From: Pirellulales bacterium
GTDB taxonomy: Bacteria > Planctomycetota > Planctomycetia > Pirellulales > UBA1268
Assembly (NCBI GenBank): GCA_044369655.1
Contig: JBILWX010000004.1
Coordinates: 7,448-71,447, forward strand
Reading direction: 5' to 3'
Length of the DNA stretch: 64,000 nt
Made by a program: the position numbers and the translations under genes. Of this stretch, positions 9,889-19,700 are shown one piece after another (the first letter of the stretch is position 1; the number at the start of each line of letters is the position of its first letter). The notes beneath the pieces were generated by a model. It ran no database searches. It saw only the letters and a list, made by a program, of their open reading frames with translations, and was not told the origin of the DNA.

Positions 9889-11711
9889 GCGGAGGCGGGC
9901 AGTTTCAAGGCGTCGAGCACGCAGGCGAGTCCGACGAGCAGGCGGATCGCGCCCCCTTGGTTCACGGGATTGGCGAACCGCGTGCGGACAGCGGGCCGCG
10001 GCAGCACGCCCGCAAGAACCCGCGGATCAAGGTGCTCGTGCAGCAACGGTCGCAGGTGTTCAATCTGGCGACGGGTTGCCAGCCAGCGCGGATGATCCAC
10101 GTTGAAGAGCCGCTCGTAGCGACGCGGGTCGTGGCCGCGCAGCCTCATCCAATAGAAGCGGCGGAGCCTGCTTCGGGCCGACTGCAGGAGTTTTTCGGTA
10201 TACGTGCGGCTGCCGTTCGGGGGCTCGAACCTGAAGGAGTTGGTGTCGAGCGGCACCTCGCAGAGTTCAGGGCGAACCTCGCGGAGCGTCGCCATCTCGA
10301 GAACGCGATCCTCGTAACGCTCGACCGGGAGGCCGACGATCGCCTGATACAGTCTGCGATCGGTCGCGGGCATCAGCGGCCAGGCGTGGAATGTCGTGCG
10401 GTGAGCGGCCATGCCGACGTGGTTGCGGAGCCGCTGATCCCAGCGTATCCCGGAGGCCTCGAGTTCGGGTGGGGCCGGCCCGCGGAGGCACGAGGCACGT
10501 ACCTCCTCGATCAGGTCATGGCAGAGAGCCGGCCCGTCGTCTCCCAGCAGCGCCGGCAGAACCGCCACCGGCACTCCCCAGCGGTTCATGTATGCGATCA
10601 TGCCTTCGAGGGCCCAACGGCCGGTTTTCCGGTCGCGGCCCTCGGCGTACGACACCGGCTCGAAGATCCAGTCGAAAGCGAGACCCGACCACAGGTATCT
10701 GCCCGGGGATGCCGACAGCGCCAGCCCTTCGGCGAAATCGTCGCCGCCCGGTGCCGCCGTGAGGTGGCTATACCGAGCGGCTCGGCATGCCCGCGCCGGA
10801 AAGCCGTCGTCAACGGCCTCGGTTGATACCACCTCCATCGGCATCCCGAGTTGCCGCGCCACGGCGGCCCCCGCCAGCACCTCGAAGTCGTCTGGCCGGC
10901 CAAGGATCAGGGCTTGCGTGGCGATGCCTTCGGCCACCAGGCAGGCCGCGACCAGGCGGGAGTCGAGGCCGCCGGAGAGCAGGATCGAGGTGTCACCCTC
11001 CGGCGGACGGTGCCGGCGCAGCGTGGCCACATAGAGATCGGCGATCCGTCGCTGCGCCTGCGCCGGCGTTTCGCCCGCCGGGGGCGGTGTTCCCTCGAGA
11101 CGACAGATTTCCTGTTCCGAGACGCGACCGGCGGGTAAGCACCGCAGCAGATGCCCCCGCGGCATCCGCCGCGTGTCGGCGAGCAGCGGCCGGTTGAGGA
11201 GCGGTCCGTGCACTAGCAGGATGCCGGCGAGCGCCCGGCGATCGATCCGCGGGACGACCAGCGGATGGCAGCTGAGGGCCTCGGGCGTCGTCGCGGCAAT
11301 GAGCGGCAGACGGTCCCCTGTCCCGGGCGTCGTGTACTGGAAAGGGAAGAGTCCGAACGGATCGACCCCCGCCGCGAGCCCCCTCTGCGCATGCCAGGCG
11401 ACGGCGACATGGTAGCCGTCGTGCATGCGGGGGGCGCTCGAGGGGGAATGCCAGCCCGTGAGGATGTCTGCCGCGGCCACGTGACGGCCGTCGTCATCGA
11501 TCGCGTAGCCGACGAGCAGCGAGAACCCGTCGGCGTCGCGGTGCAGGCTCACCGGCGCCCTCGGGCCGACGACCCAGATGCAGGCGAAGTGGCCCTGCCT
11601 CGCCTCGCCGACCGAGGTGTCGGGAAACGCCGTGAACAAGCGGCGGACGTTCGCCAGAAACCGCTCGCGGCGATCCGGATCTTCGTCCACGACGAATGCA
11701 AGGTGGGCCAT
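9885..11711 (-). CDS. asparagine synthetase B-family protein lacking the N-terminal Cys nucleophile
   Basis: PP-loop SILLSGGLDSRLVA in the synthetase domain. The N-terminus is MAHLAFVVDE instead of the M-C-G expected of class II amidotransferases. Confidence 0.8.
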   Translation of the reverse strand: MAHLAFVVDEDPDRRERFLANVRRLFTAFPDTSVGEARQGHFACIWVVGPRAPVSLHRDADGFSLLVGYAIDDDGRHVAAADILTGWHSPSSAPRMHDGYHVAVAWHAQRGLAAGVDPFGLFPFQYTTPGTGDRLPLIAATTPEALSCHPLVVPRIDRRALAGILLVHGPLLNRPLLADTRRMPRGHLLRCLPAGRVSEQEICRLEGTPPPAGETPAQAQRRIADLYVATLRRHRPPEGDTSILLSGGLDSRLVAACLVAEGIATQALILGRPDDFEVLAGAAVARQLGMPMEVVSTEAVDDGFPARACRAARYSHLTAAPGGDDFAEGLALSASPGRYLWSGLAFDWIFEPVSYAEGRDRKTGRWALEGMIAYMNRWGVPVAVLPALLGDDGPALCHDLIEEVRASCLRGPAPPELEASGIRWDQRLRNHVGMAAHRTTFHAWPLMPATDRRLYQAIVGLPVERYEDRVLEMATLREVRPELCEVPLDTNSFRFEPPNGSRTYTEKLLQSARSRLRRFYWMRLRGHDPRRYERLFNVDHPRWLATRRQIEHLRPLLHEHLDPRVLAGVLPRPAVRTRFANPVNQGGAIRLLVGLACVLDALKLPASA

Positions 11712-11729
11712 GCGGCGGAATGCTCCGGC

Positions 11730-13673
11730 TCACGCTGCGCGGCGTTCGCGCCCGAGTGCCTCTGCAGGTGAGGCGGCGAACCGGCAGCCGAGATCCGCCA
11801 GCCAAGTCTCGTGCATGGAGCGGTTTTTGTGGTAGTCGTTCGCCACGAGCGTCACCTGCCGGCCGGCGTGGAGACCGGCCACCGCGAAATGGAGCCGGTC
11901 GGTGATGATGCGGCGGAAGCGGGCGGCGAAGGCGAGGTAGGCCGCGGCTGTCCGCGCCAGCCGGACGGGATCGCGGGCGAGCAGCGGTTTGCGGCCGCCG
12001 CGCTCCTGGTCGCGGCGGAGATAAACGCCCAGTTCCTGGCGGGGGCGGGCGGGGGCGGTCCATTCGAGGCCGAGTGCCAGGTCTGGAGCGAGGATGCCGT
12101 CCGGCCGCAGTGCCAGGCTCGCGCGTTCGCGGACGTACACCCGGTGGAACGGCCGATCTTCGGGAGACGTGAAGGACTGCGGCAGGATCACGAGCGGCAG
12201 CCCCGTGGCGAGCGCCCGGCTGCGGAGGTCGTGGTTGCCGGTGTAACGCGTTCCCATGTTGCCGCCGCCCCCGAAGACGAGCACGTCATGGCCATCGAGA
12301 GATCGCGACCCCGCGTGGCACGACACCAGAGACCAGCGGATGCCGTAGCAAGCGAAGAGCTGTGCCATCGCGAGTTCGATGAGTTGGTCGCCGACGTTGC
12401 CCTCCGGCCGCACGTAGCCGACCCGCTTGCCCACGAGCGGCCTGCAGACATCCGCAAACATGTCCGGTCCCAGCAGTCGGTGCCGTGACGATCGCGTGGG
12501 ATGCGGAGCAGGCTTGGGCTGGGGAACGGATCTGGCCCGCGTTGCCGGCGGCTGGCCGGCAACGGCGGGCGTCAGCATCTCGGCCTCGTCGGTGCCACTG
12601 CGGGCCAACAGCCGCCGGACGCCGGCGGCCGCGGCGCCCGTGAGGCCGCAGGCGAGCAGGTCTGCGTAGAACGGTGTCACGATCCCGTCGACCGCCGGCA
12701 GCGCGTCGATCGCGGCGATCAGGCCACGGCCGTGGTCGAAACCGGGAAATCTGCCCAGTGCACCGCAGGTGTCGAGTGACAGCATCGTGCGGACGCACTT
12801 CTCGCAGCGGCCGCAGTTGAGGCGGTCCGCGACGTTTTGCCAACAGACGCGAAGATTTCGTTGCACGAGTGGTTCCCTCGCGATGCGGCGGATTTTTTCC
12901 AGCCGCGTCACGGTCGGCGCCGTGTGCTCGATCACGACCGCCGCCGAGCCGTGCAGGTGGTCCATGCCGGCCCGCGATCCCACCTCGGGATGCTCGAAAC
13001 CGAGACCGTCTCCCGAGATCAGCAGCTGTCCCACGCTTCCGGCCAGCAAATGCGCGACTGCCGCCAGCGCTCCGCCGAATGACCGTACCCATGGCGTCGC
13101 CCTCATGAGCGGATGCCGCCGCAGGTTCGTGCGAATGACGATGCCGCGAGCGGCTGTTTCCGAGGCGATCGCCCGGATCATCCGGGATACCTCGGTGGCC
13201 CGCCGCCGCTGCCGGAGCTTGACGTCATAGCCCACCACGTAGGCGAGCTGGTCGATGCGTTCATGGCTTTCGAGGTAGGTATAGAACGCGTCCACGCCGC
13301 CGGTGAAGCAGAGCGCGGTGGAGCATGACGGGCTGTCGTCCCGCCGTTCGGGGACGGCGTGGGGGCGGGGTGCGTCCGGATACCAGAGTCCGCGGACGGC
13401 GTCGGCGAGCGGCCGCAGATTGGCAGTCCACGTCGCGCAGGCCGTGCCCTCGAGATGCAGCGACCGGCCTGCATGCATGGCTGGCACGAGCAACGACGAA
13501 CCATACACCTCCGGAGCGGCGTTCAGCGTCACGTCGGTCGAATCAAACCAGATCCGGCGGCCGTCGACCCACGTGGTCACGCGGCTGCGGCGGCCCCTGC
13601 GGAATGCGCGCGGCTGACCGATCGCGATGACCGCTGCATCACCGCGACAGGCTGAAGGGAAAGGCCACATCAT
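11730..13673 (-). CDS. fusion protein: N-terminal PP-loop-like/CxxCxxC domain + C-terminal polysaccharide pyruvyl transferase domain
   Basis: C-terminal half has GNVGDQLIELA, VLVFGGGGNMG, LVILPQSF and ITDRLHFAVAG, which are pyruvyl-transferase family hallmarks. N-terminal half has CFTGGVDAFYT and NCGRCEKCVRTMLS. Start is uncertain: ATG at 13673 or 13670, or TTG at 13685. Confidence 0.75.
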   Translation of the reverse strand: MMWPFPSACRGDAAVIAIGQPRAFRRGRRSRVTTWVDGRRIWFDSTDVTLNAAPEVYGSSLLVPAMHAGRSLHLEGTACATWTANLRPLADAVRGLWYPDAPRPHAVPERRDDSPSCSTALCFTGGVDAFYTYLESHERIDQLAYVVGYDVKLRQRRRATEVSRMIRAIASETAARGIVIRTNLRRHPLMRATPWVRSFGGALAAVAHLLAGSVGQLLISGDGLGFEHPEVGSRAGMDHLHGSAAVVIEHTAPTVTRLEKIRRIAREPLVQRNLRVCWQNVADRLNCGRCEKCVRTMLSLDTCGALGRFPGFDHGRGLIAAIDALPAVDGIVTPFYADLLACGLTGAAAAGVRRLLARSGTDEAEMLTPAVAGQPPATRARSVPQPKPAPHPTRSSRHRLLGPDMFADVCRPLVGKRVGYVRPEGNVGDQLIELAMAQLFACYGIRWSLVSCHAGSRSLDGHDVLVFGGGGNMGTRYTGNHDLRSRALATGLPLVILPQSFTSPEDRPFHRVYVRERASLALRPDGILAPDLALGLEWTAPARPRQELGVYLRRDQERGGRKPLLARDPVRLARTAAAYLAFAARFRRIITDRLHFAVAGLHAGRQVTLVANDYHKNRSMHETWLADLGCRFAASPAEALGRERRAA

Positions 13674-13695
13674 GGTGCGGAGCAAGCAGAAGCGT

Positions 13696-14565
13696 TCAGG
13701 CGGCGGCGCGATGCGCGGCGGCAGGGCATACCGGGATCGTGACGATCCTTGCCGGCGGCTCGTCCGTCTTCACCAATCCGTCGCTGCAGAATGTGGGGCG
13801 GTCGCCGAGCGACCGGAAATAGTCGAAGTTCGGCGTGCCGGCGCCGTTGCGGGTGAAGCTCGGTGCGGGGGCGTGCCAGAGGTGGGCGGGGGCCGTTCGG
13901 AGAAGAATCGATCGCACCCGCAGCCCGATCCGTTCGAGACGTTGTTGGAGATCGCGGTCCTCCAGCCCCCAGCCGACGAACCGCTCGTCGAAACCGTTGA
14001 TCCGCTCATAGTCGGCCCGCCACAACGCGATATTGTTTCCGGACAGCCGTGGCCTCATCGACACGCGGAGCAGTTGGTAGGCCTGGGCCCGCAGTGCCTT
14101 GATCCACATTCTGCGGACTTCGCTGCGGGGCACGAGCGCCGTCACGTCGCCGTGACCGATCAGGTCCGGGGTGATCCGTTCCGACGTGGGCTGGTCGAGC
14201 CGCAGGCAGTCGCCCCCGACGACCCACCCCGGCCGTCGCTCTTCGAGATGGATCCGGAGATGATCCCGCGGCAGAACGCAATCGCCATCGGTGAAGAGGA
14301 TGTAGGGCGCGGTCGATGCGGCCACACCCTCGTTCCGGCACCGCGCGAGGCGGAAGCCTTCGTGCACGTGCGTGGTGAATGTCAATGGGAAGTCCACGCA
14401 CCGCGAGAGGTCCGTGACCATCCGGAGCGTCTCGTCCCGCGAGCCGTCGTCGGTGACCACGACCTCGAACCGACCATCAACCCCCTGCTGTGCCTCCAAC
14501 GAGGCCAGGCAACGCCGAAGGTGCCAAGGCCGCTCAAAAGTGGAGATCACGACCGCGATGTCCAT
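13696..14565 (-). CDS. family 2 glycosyltransferase
   Basis: MDIAVVISTFERPWHLRRCLASL, VVVTDDGSRDET, ILFTDGDC, and the C-terminal NIALWRADYERINGFDERFVGWGLEDRDL. The ATG at 14565 is preceded by AAGGGGG. Confidence 0.85.
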   Translation of the reverse strand: MDIAVVISTFERPWHLRRCLASLEAQQGVDGRFEVVVTDDGSRDETLRMVTDLSRCVDFPLTFTTHVHEGFRLARCRNEGVAASTAPYILFTDGDCVLPRDHLRIHLEERRPGWVVGGDCLRLDQPTSERITPDLIGHGDVTALVPRSEVRRMWIKALRAQAYQLLRVSMRPRLSGNNIALWRADYERINGFDERFVGWGLEDRDLQQRLERIGLRVRSILLRTAPAHLWHAPAPSFTRNGAGTPNFDYFRSLGDRPTFCSDGLVKTDEPPARIVTIPVCPAAAHRAAA

Positions 14566-14922
14566 CCCGCCCCCTTTTCGTACCCGTGCCTCGAGAGGCT
14601 GTCTGTCGCCGTGCCGGGGAAATCGACCCGCAGCCGGTGTGGAATCAAACGGCCGCCTTTTCCGGTGGCTGGGCGGGTGGGCAAAGAGGGGGGGGCGGGC
14701 GAGTACAGAGGGGACCATGTCGATTCGGTGGACTGCACCGCCGCCGTCGTGATGCCGCATGGCTTCCCGATCCGGGATCGCGTGCCTGACGGCCGGCGAC
14801 AACGGGTCGTTGAATGGGGCCGACCAGGTTGCCTGGTCAGCCTGGGCAAGAGGGGGGTTGCTCTGGTGTACGGGAGCCTACGCGGCTATTTCTTCCGTCC
14901 CCTCCGCGGACCATTGCTCTCC

Positions 14923-15930
14923 ATGACAGCAACGTCATCCCGTTCCCCCGCCGCGCGGTTTGCCTGTCGCCCAGCTGCGACCGTTTTCACGTGCGCCTGG
15001 ATCGTGACGGGCTGGCTGTGGGCGACATCGATAGCATCCGGACAAATGGTCGGCAGCAGGACGGCCAGAGACGAAATGCCCGTACGGGTTTCCACGCCAC
15101 CGCCCCGCTTCGGCTACTACAGCACCCAGTGGCGACGGTGGCCAGACGCGGTGGCAACGGCCGGTTCGAACTCGAAGACAGCGACGCCTGCCGCGCCGGC
15201 GCAGCTGGAGATTCCCGGTGTACAGGATGAGTCGCCGCCGGGGGCGGTGGAGGCATTGCCGCAGCCGGACCGCGCGCAACCCCGTCCTCAGTTTCCTGCC
15301 GCTGCCAAGCGGCCGCCGACCGTGCGGCCAGGTCAGGATCGCGCCGTCACCACCGGAATGAGCGGCGACGGCCTGACGCTTGCCCAGCGCTCGGAGCGTC
15401 TTGCCAGGCAGGCCGCCGCCGCGAAGGCCGGCACCCGCGAGCAACAGTCGCAGTTCACCCGGCAACTGGTCGCCGAGATCCTTGCCGCGCACGATCCCGC
15501 GTTGCGCAGCACGATCGTGGCGACAGCGGCGGAGTTCGACACGCCCGACGCCAATGCGATCTGCACGGGCGCTCTGCAAGACCCGAGTGACCGGGTGCGC
15601 ATGGCAGCCTGCGCGGCGTGGGGCCGACGGGGCGGTCCCACCGCGGTGCAATTGCTTGCTACACGGTATGAGACCGATGCGGAACTTGGCGTGCGGCTCC
15701 GTGCCCTCAGCGCCTTGGCCGAACTCGACGACGGGGAAGCAGTTGCGGCCATTGCCAGGGCCCTCGACGACTCCGATCCAGTCATCCGGAACCGCGCCAT
15801 GAACGCCCTCAGGCAGGCGAGCGGCCGGGATTTTGGCAATGACGTGGACGCGTGGCGAAGCTGGGCCGCCGACCCCGACGCCCCTGCGGCCCGCTGGTCG
15901 TGGATGGAATCGATTCGGAAGCTTTTCTGA
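14923..15930 (+). CDS. HEAT-repeat protein with N-terminal signal/anchor
   Basis: C-terminal repeats have the HEAT/PBS-lyase pattern: DPSDRVRMAACAAWGRRGG, DAELGVRLRALSALAELDD and DSDPVIRNRAMNALRQ. ORF part 13627-14922 is antisense to the GT2 gene and was discarded. Confidence 0.7.
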   Translation: MTATSSRSPAARFACRPAATVFTCAWIVTGWLWATSIASGQMVGSRTARDEMPVRVSTPPPRFGYYSTQWRRWPDAVATAGSNSKTATPAAPAQLEIPGVQDESPPGAVEALPQPDRAQPRPQFPAAAKRPPTVRPGQDRAVTTGMSGDGLTLAQRSERLARQAAAAKAGTREQQSQFTRQLVAEILAAHDPALRSTIVATAAEFDTPDANAICTGALQDPSDRVRMAACAAWGRRGGPTAVQLLATRYETDAELGVRLRALSALAELDDGEAVAAIARALDDSDPVIRNRAMNALRQASGRDFGNDVDAWRSWAADPDAPAARWSWMESIRKLF

Positions 15931-15944
15931 GTCCGCCAACAAGA

Positions 15945-15973
15945 ACGGGCGGTGCCACAAAGGCACCGCCCGT
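15945..15973. terminator. hairpin between convergent genes (possible bidirectional terminator)
   Basis: ACGGGCGGTGCC-acaaa-GGCACCGCCCGT is a perfect 12-bp stem. There is no clean U-tract on the plus strand. On the minus strand it is followed by TCTTGTT. Confidence 0.55.
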
Positions 15974-16034
15974 CGACTTGCTTGTGCGGCATGGTGCCGC
16001 CGAACCGGTGACCCACACGTGGATCACGGCCGGA

Positions 16035-16361
16035 TCAGCTGACCATCGCCTTCAGGTTCTTGAGCGCACGCACACGAACCTTCACGCTGGCCGGCTTCGC
16101 GGGCCGGTCCTGCAATTCGCCCGTGAAGGGGTTCTTGACACCCTTCTGAGCCGGGCGGGCCGGCACCTTGCGGCGTTCGATCTTCACCAGGCCGGGGATC
16201 GAAAACACCCCAATGCCCTGACCCTTGAGGGCCTTTTGGATTTCGTCCGTCAGAGCCTCCATCACCGCCACCACGTCCTTCTTCTGCAGACCGGTCGTCT
16301 CCGAGATGCTCCGCATGATCTCGGTCTTCGTCATGGGCTTGCTTCCCGACTTCTTCGCCAT
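16035..16361 (-). CDS. HU-family (histone-like) DNA-binding protein
   Basis: MTKTEIMRSISETTGLQKKDVVAVMEALTDEI, then GVFSIPGLVKIERRKVPARPAQKGVKNPFTGE (beta-arm). SD GGAGG lies upstream of the ATG at 16361. Confidence 0.9.
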   Translation of the reverse strand: MAKKSGSKPMTKTEIMRSISETTGLQKKDVVAVMEALTDEIQKALKGQGIGVFSIPGLVKIERRKVPARPAQKGVKNPFTGELQDRPAKPASVKVRVRALKNLKAMVS

Positions 16362-16743
16362 CGCCAATACCTCCAAGGATTCAAAAATTGTGTGCGGTAG
16401 TTCCCCACCGCGTACCGGAGCTCGGCACCGGGTGCCGAAAGCGAGGCCGATTAGAGACTCTGGGAATGAAAATGCAACCCAAAAATATCGGTTTCAGCCC
16501 ACGAAAATCGTCGTTTTGGCAGAATTCCGGGAGGAAAGTGCGGTTTTTTCGGGTTTTTTGCCCTCGGGGGTGATTTCGCCGACGAATTCTCGGCCTGTGA
16601 TACGATGCCGGAAGACACCGAACCCGGCCTCTTTCTGGCGGAAAGGGCCCGCGGCCATCTGCCGGGAGTCGTGCCGGGGCGAGGTGTCGTCGGTGGATTT
16701 CTGGGGCCGCAATCATCTGGGCACCCTCATCTGGACACCATCT

Positions 16744-19700
16744 ATGCAGCCGAAACTGTTGCGCGGGGTCTGGTCGGCGGTTGAGTGCCCGTGGGTTCAT
16801 GCCGTGCTGGTCTGCACGCTCATCGGGGTGCTCTCGATCCCCGGCGGAAGCGACCTCACCGCCAAGGGGAAAGCGTGTGCAGACGAAACTGTCGATGTCG
16901 ATCCAGCGACAGAAGAACCGGCGGGTGATGAAGCGGAAACCGATGACGGGGACGGGGGCATCGGATTTCCGAATGACCGGCTGCGCGAACGGCAACTCGA
17001 TCGCGGGCGGCGGCTCGTCGCCGATCAGCGGTGGAGCGACGCCGCAGCATTGTTCGACGAAATCCTGGCCGCAGATCGTGATTCTTTCTTTCGCGTGAAC
17101 CGGCAGCAACGGACCTGGCAGAGCATCAAGTCGGAGACGAATCGGGTGGTCGGTTCGCTCGAGAAGCCGGGCCGCGAAGCCTACGAACTTCAGTTCCGGG
17201 CCCGAGCCGAGCGGATGCTCGAGCAGGCCGTTGCGGCGAATGACGGGCCCGGCATCGTGGCGGTGGCCAGACGGTGGTTTCATACCCCGGCGGGATACAG
17301 GGCGACGCTGCTGGCCGCGATCGAGGCGCTCGAAGCGAATCAGCCGTTGGCGGCGGCGGCCTGGCTTGAACGGCTGTCGGCGGTCGATGGTGCTGCTGCC
17401 TTCGAGCCCACGCTGTCGATCATGCGGGCAGTTGCCTGGCTGCGGGCGGGCGACCGGACGGCCGCGGCCGCGATTCTGGAGCAGGCACGCGCCAGCGGCA
17501 GGAACGTGGTTCGCATCGCCGGCAAGGATGTCACGGTGTCGTTTCCCGCCGGCGGCGGTCTGGCATGGCTCACGGCTCTGGTCGGTGAGCCGAAGAGCCG
17601 GACGGGCCATCACGGCGGTGACTGGGTGATGCACCGCGGCGATGCTGCCCGCAATGGCGTCGCAACGGCGTCGCGTCCGCTCCTCGCGGCCCGGTATCGG
17701 GTGCCGCTTGCCCGCCATCCGGAGGAATCCCGGCTCCTCCACGCGCAGCGACGACTCCATGACGATCAGGAACTCGCCGTCTTGCCGGCCGGCACACCGT
17801 TGGCCGTGGACGGAACGATCCTGGTGCACACGACCATGGGGCTGCTGGCGGTGGACTTCGAAACCGGCAAGCGAGTCTGGTTGCAGCCCGGCGGCGGTGG
17901 CGCGGCGCCGCTGCATGCCGCGTTGGGCGAAGAAGACGGCGTGGGGGATGCAGATGCGACCAGTTCGTTCAACAGCGTGTTCGAGGACGCGACGAGCGGC
18001 ACCCTGGCCAGCGACGGCCGGCTCGTGTTCGTGGTCGAAAGCCACCCCGATGCGGTATCGCCGCAGCAGGCCGGCGGAATGAACTTCCGCCCCGCGATGC
18101 CGGCGGCGGGCCGAGCCGGGCTGCAGGCCGGCGGTTGGAAGGGGGGCAACACGCTGTCCGCCTACGATGTCGCCGACCGCGGTGCGCTTCGCTGGCGGCT
18201 TCCTGCCCGGGCCGGACTCATCGGCGACGAGGCCGGGCAGCCGGCATCTGGCACCGCGTGGTATCTCGGCGCACCGTTGCCGGCCGGCAAACAACTCCTC
18301 GTCCTCGTGGAAGAGAAGGGGGAGGTCCGGCTCGACGTGATCGATGCCGACACCGGCCGACTCGAGTGGTCGCAGCCGTTCGCCGAGGTCGACGAACGCT
18401 GGGCGATCGACAATCGCGACAGTCACACGCGTCGGCTCGCCGGTCTCTCGCCCGCGCTTGCCGAAGGCGTGCTCGTCTGCCCGACTGGTGCCGGGGCGGT
18501 GGTGGCCATCGACCTTGCCACCCGCACCCTGCTGTGGGCGCATGAGTATCCACGGCCGCGCGAGGTCGCGGCGAACGGTTTCGCCAACGGCGGCCTCGCG
18601 CGGCCGCGGGCTGACGGGGCCCGGGAGCCACGGCCGGGCCGGTGGCTTGACTCCGCGCCGGTCCTGGCCGGCGGCCGCGTGCTGCTGGCTGCGGGAGATT
18701 CGCAGGAACTGCTCTGTCTCGACCTCCGGCGAGGCGAGGTGGTGTGGCGGCTGCCCCGCAAGGATCGGCTCTATGTCGCCGGAGTCGTCGAAGGGCGGGC
18801 GATCGTCGTGGGACGACGCGGCGTGGAAGCGATCGACCCGGCGAATGGCCGCGTGGTTTGGCAACGGCCGTTCGGTGCCGAGCAGGGCAGCACGAGTGGT
18901 CGCGGCATCCTCACCGAGCAGCGGTTTTTTCTGCCGCTCGACACGCCCGAGGTGGTGGAGATCGATCTGGCCGATGGCCGCATCGTCGGTCGTTCGGCAG
19001 CCCGCGGTGATGCGATTCCGGGCAACCTGCTGGCGTATCGTGGCGAAGTGATTTCCCAGGGGGCCGACGCGCTCGAGGTCTTCCATCAGTCGGCCGCTTT
19101 GGAACTGCGGATCGAGACGGCGCTCAAGGCCGATCCGCAGGATGCCTGGGCGATCCTCTGGCGTGGACAACTCGATCTCGACCGAGGCAATGTCGCCGGG
19201 GGCATCGCGGCCGTCCGGGCAGCCCATGCGTTGCAGCCGACACGCGTGCCGGCGAACGTCGTGGCAGGCGCCCTGCTATTCGCGTTGCAGCGTGACTTCC
19301 CCCAGGCGTCGCCTTTGTGGCGCGAAGCCGTGGCGCTGAGCGGATCGCCGTCGACCGCGATCGTCGCCCTGCGGGTCACCGTCGACGGATTTCTCCGAAC
19401 GGGCGATTTTCCGCAGGCCTGGGAGGCCGCTCGGCAACTGCTGGCCTCCGACGAATCAGCGGAGGCGGAGAAGATCCTCGAGAACGGCCTCGTCTCGGCG
19501 GCCATCACCGACGCTGCGGGACTGATCGCCGACGGGGCCGATCCCCTGCTGTCCGTGACTCCGGCCCGGTGGATTCAGGGGCGATTTGCCGCGCTTTTTG
19601 CCAAGGCTCCGCCGTCGCTGCGCGGGGAGATGGATGCCTTCATGGCGAACGAGTCTGCCGCTGCAGTCGGTGCAACCGACCGCGTGGCGGGGCTCCGCCG

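Noticed and set aside
9885-11711. A lasso-peptide cyclase (McjC-like) or a beta-lactam biosynthesis pair (AsnB-like plus the beta-lactamase-fold gene).
   Set aside because: No precursor-peptide ORF, transglutaminase-like or PqqD-like B protein, or ABC exporter is adjacent. No clavaminate or carbapenem pathway genes are present either. The neighbours are glycosyl and pyruvyl transferases, which point to glycan chemistry. The idea is kept only as an analogy for the enzyme chemistry.
16381-19227. Very long antisense ORFs. Examples are this 948-aa one, 49150-52275 (1041 aa), 44310-46247 (645 aa), 1810-3591 (593 aa), 3828-5363 (511 aa) and 29075-30817 (580 aa).
   Set aside because: Each is the mirror of a well-supported gene with clear family motifs. 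Their translations are Arg/Pro/Gly/His-rich with no motifs. This is the usual artefact of stop-codon-poor, high-GC DNA.
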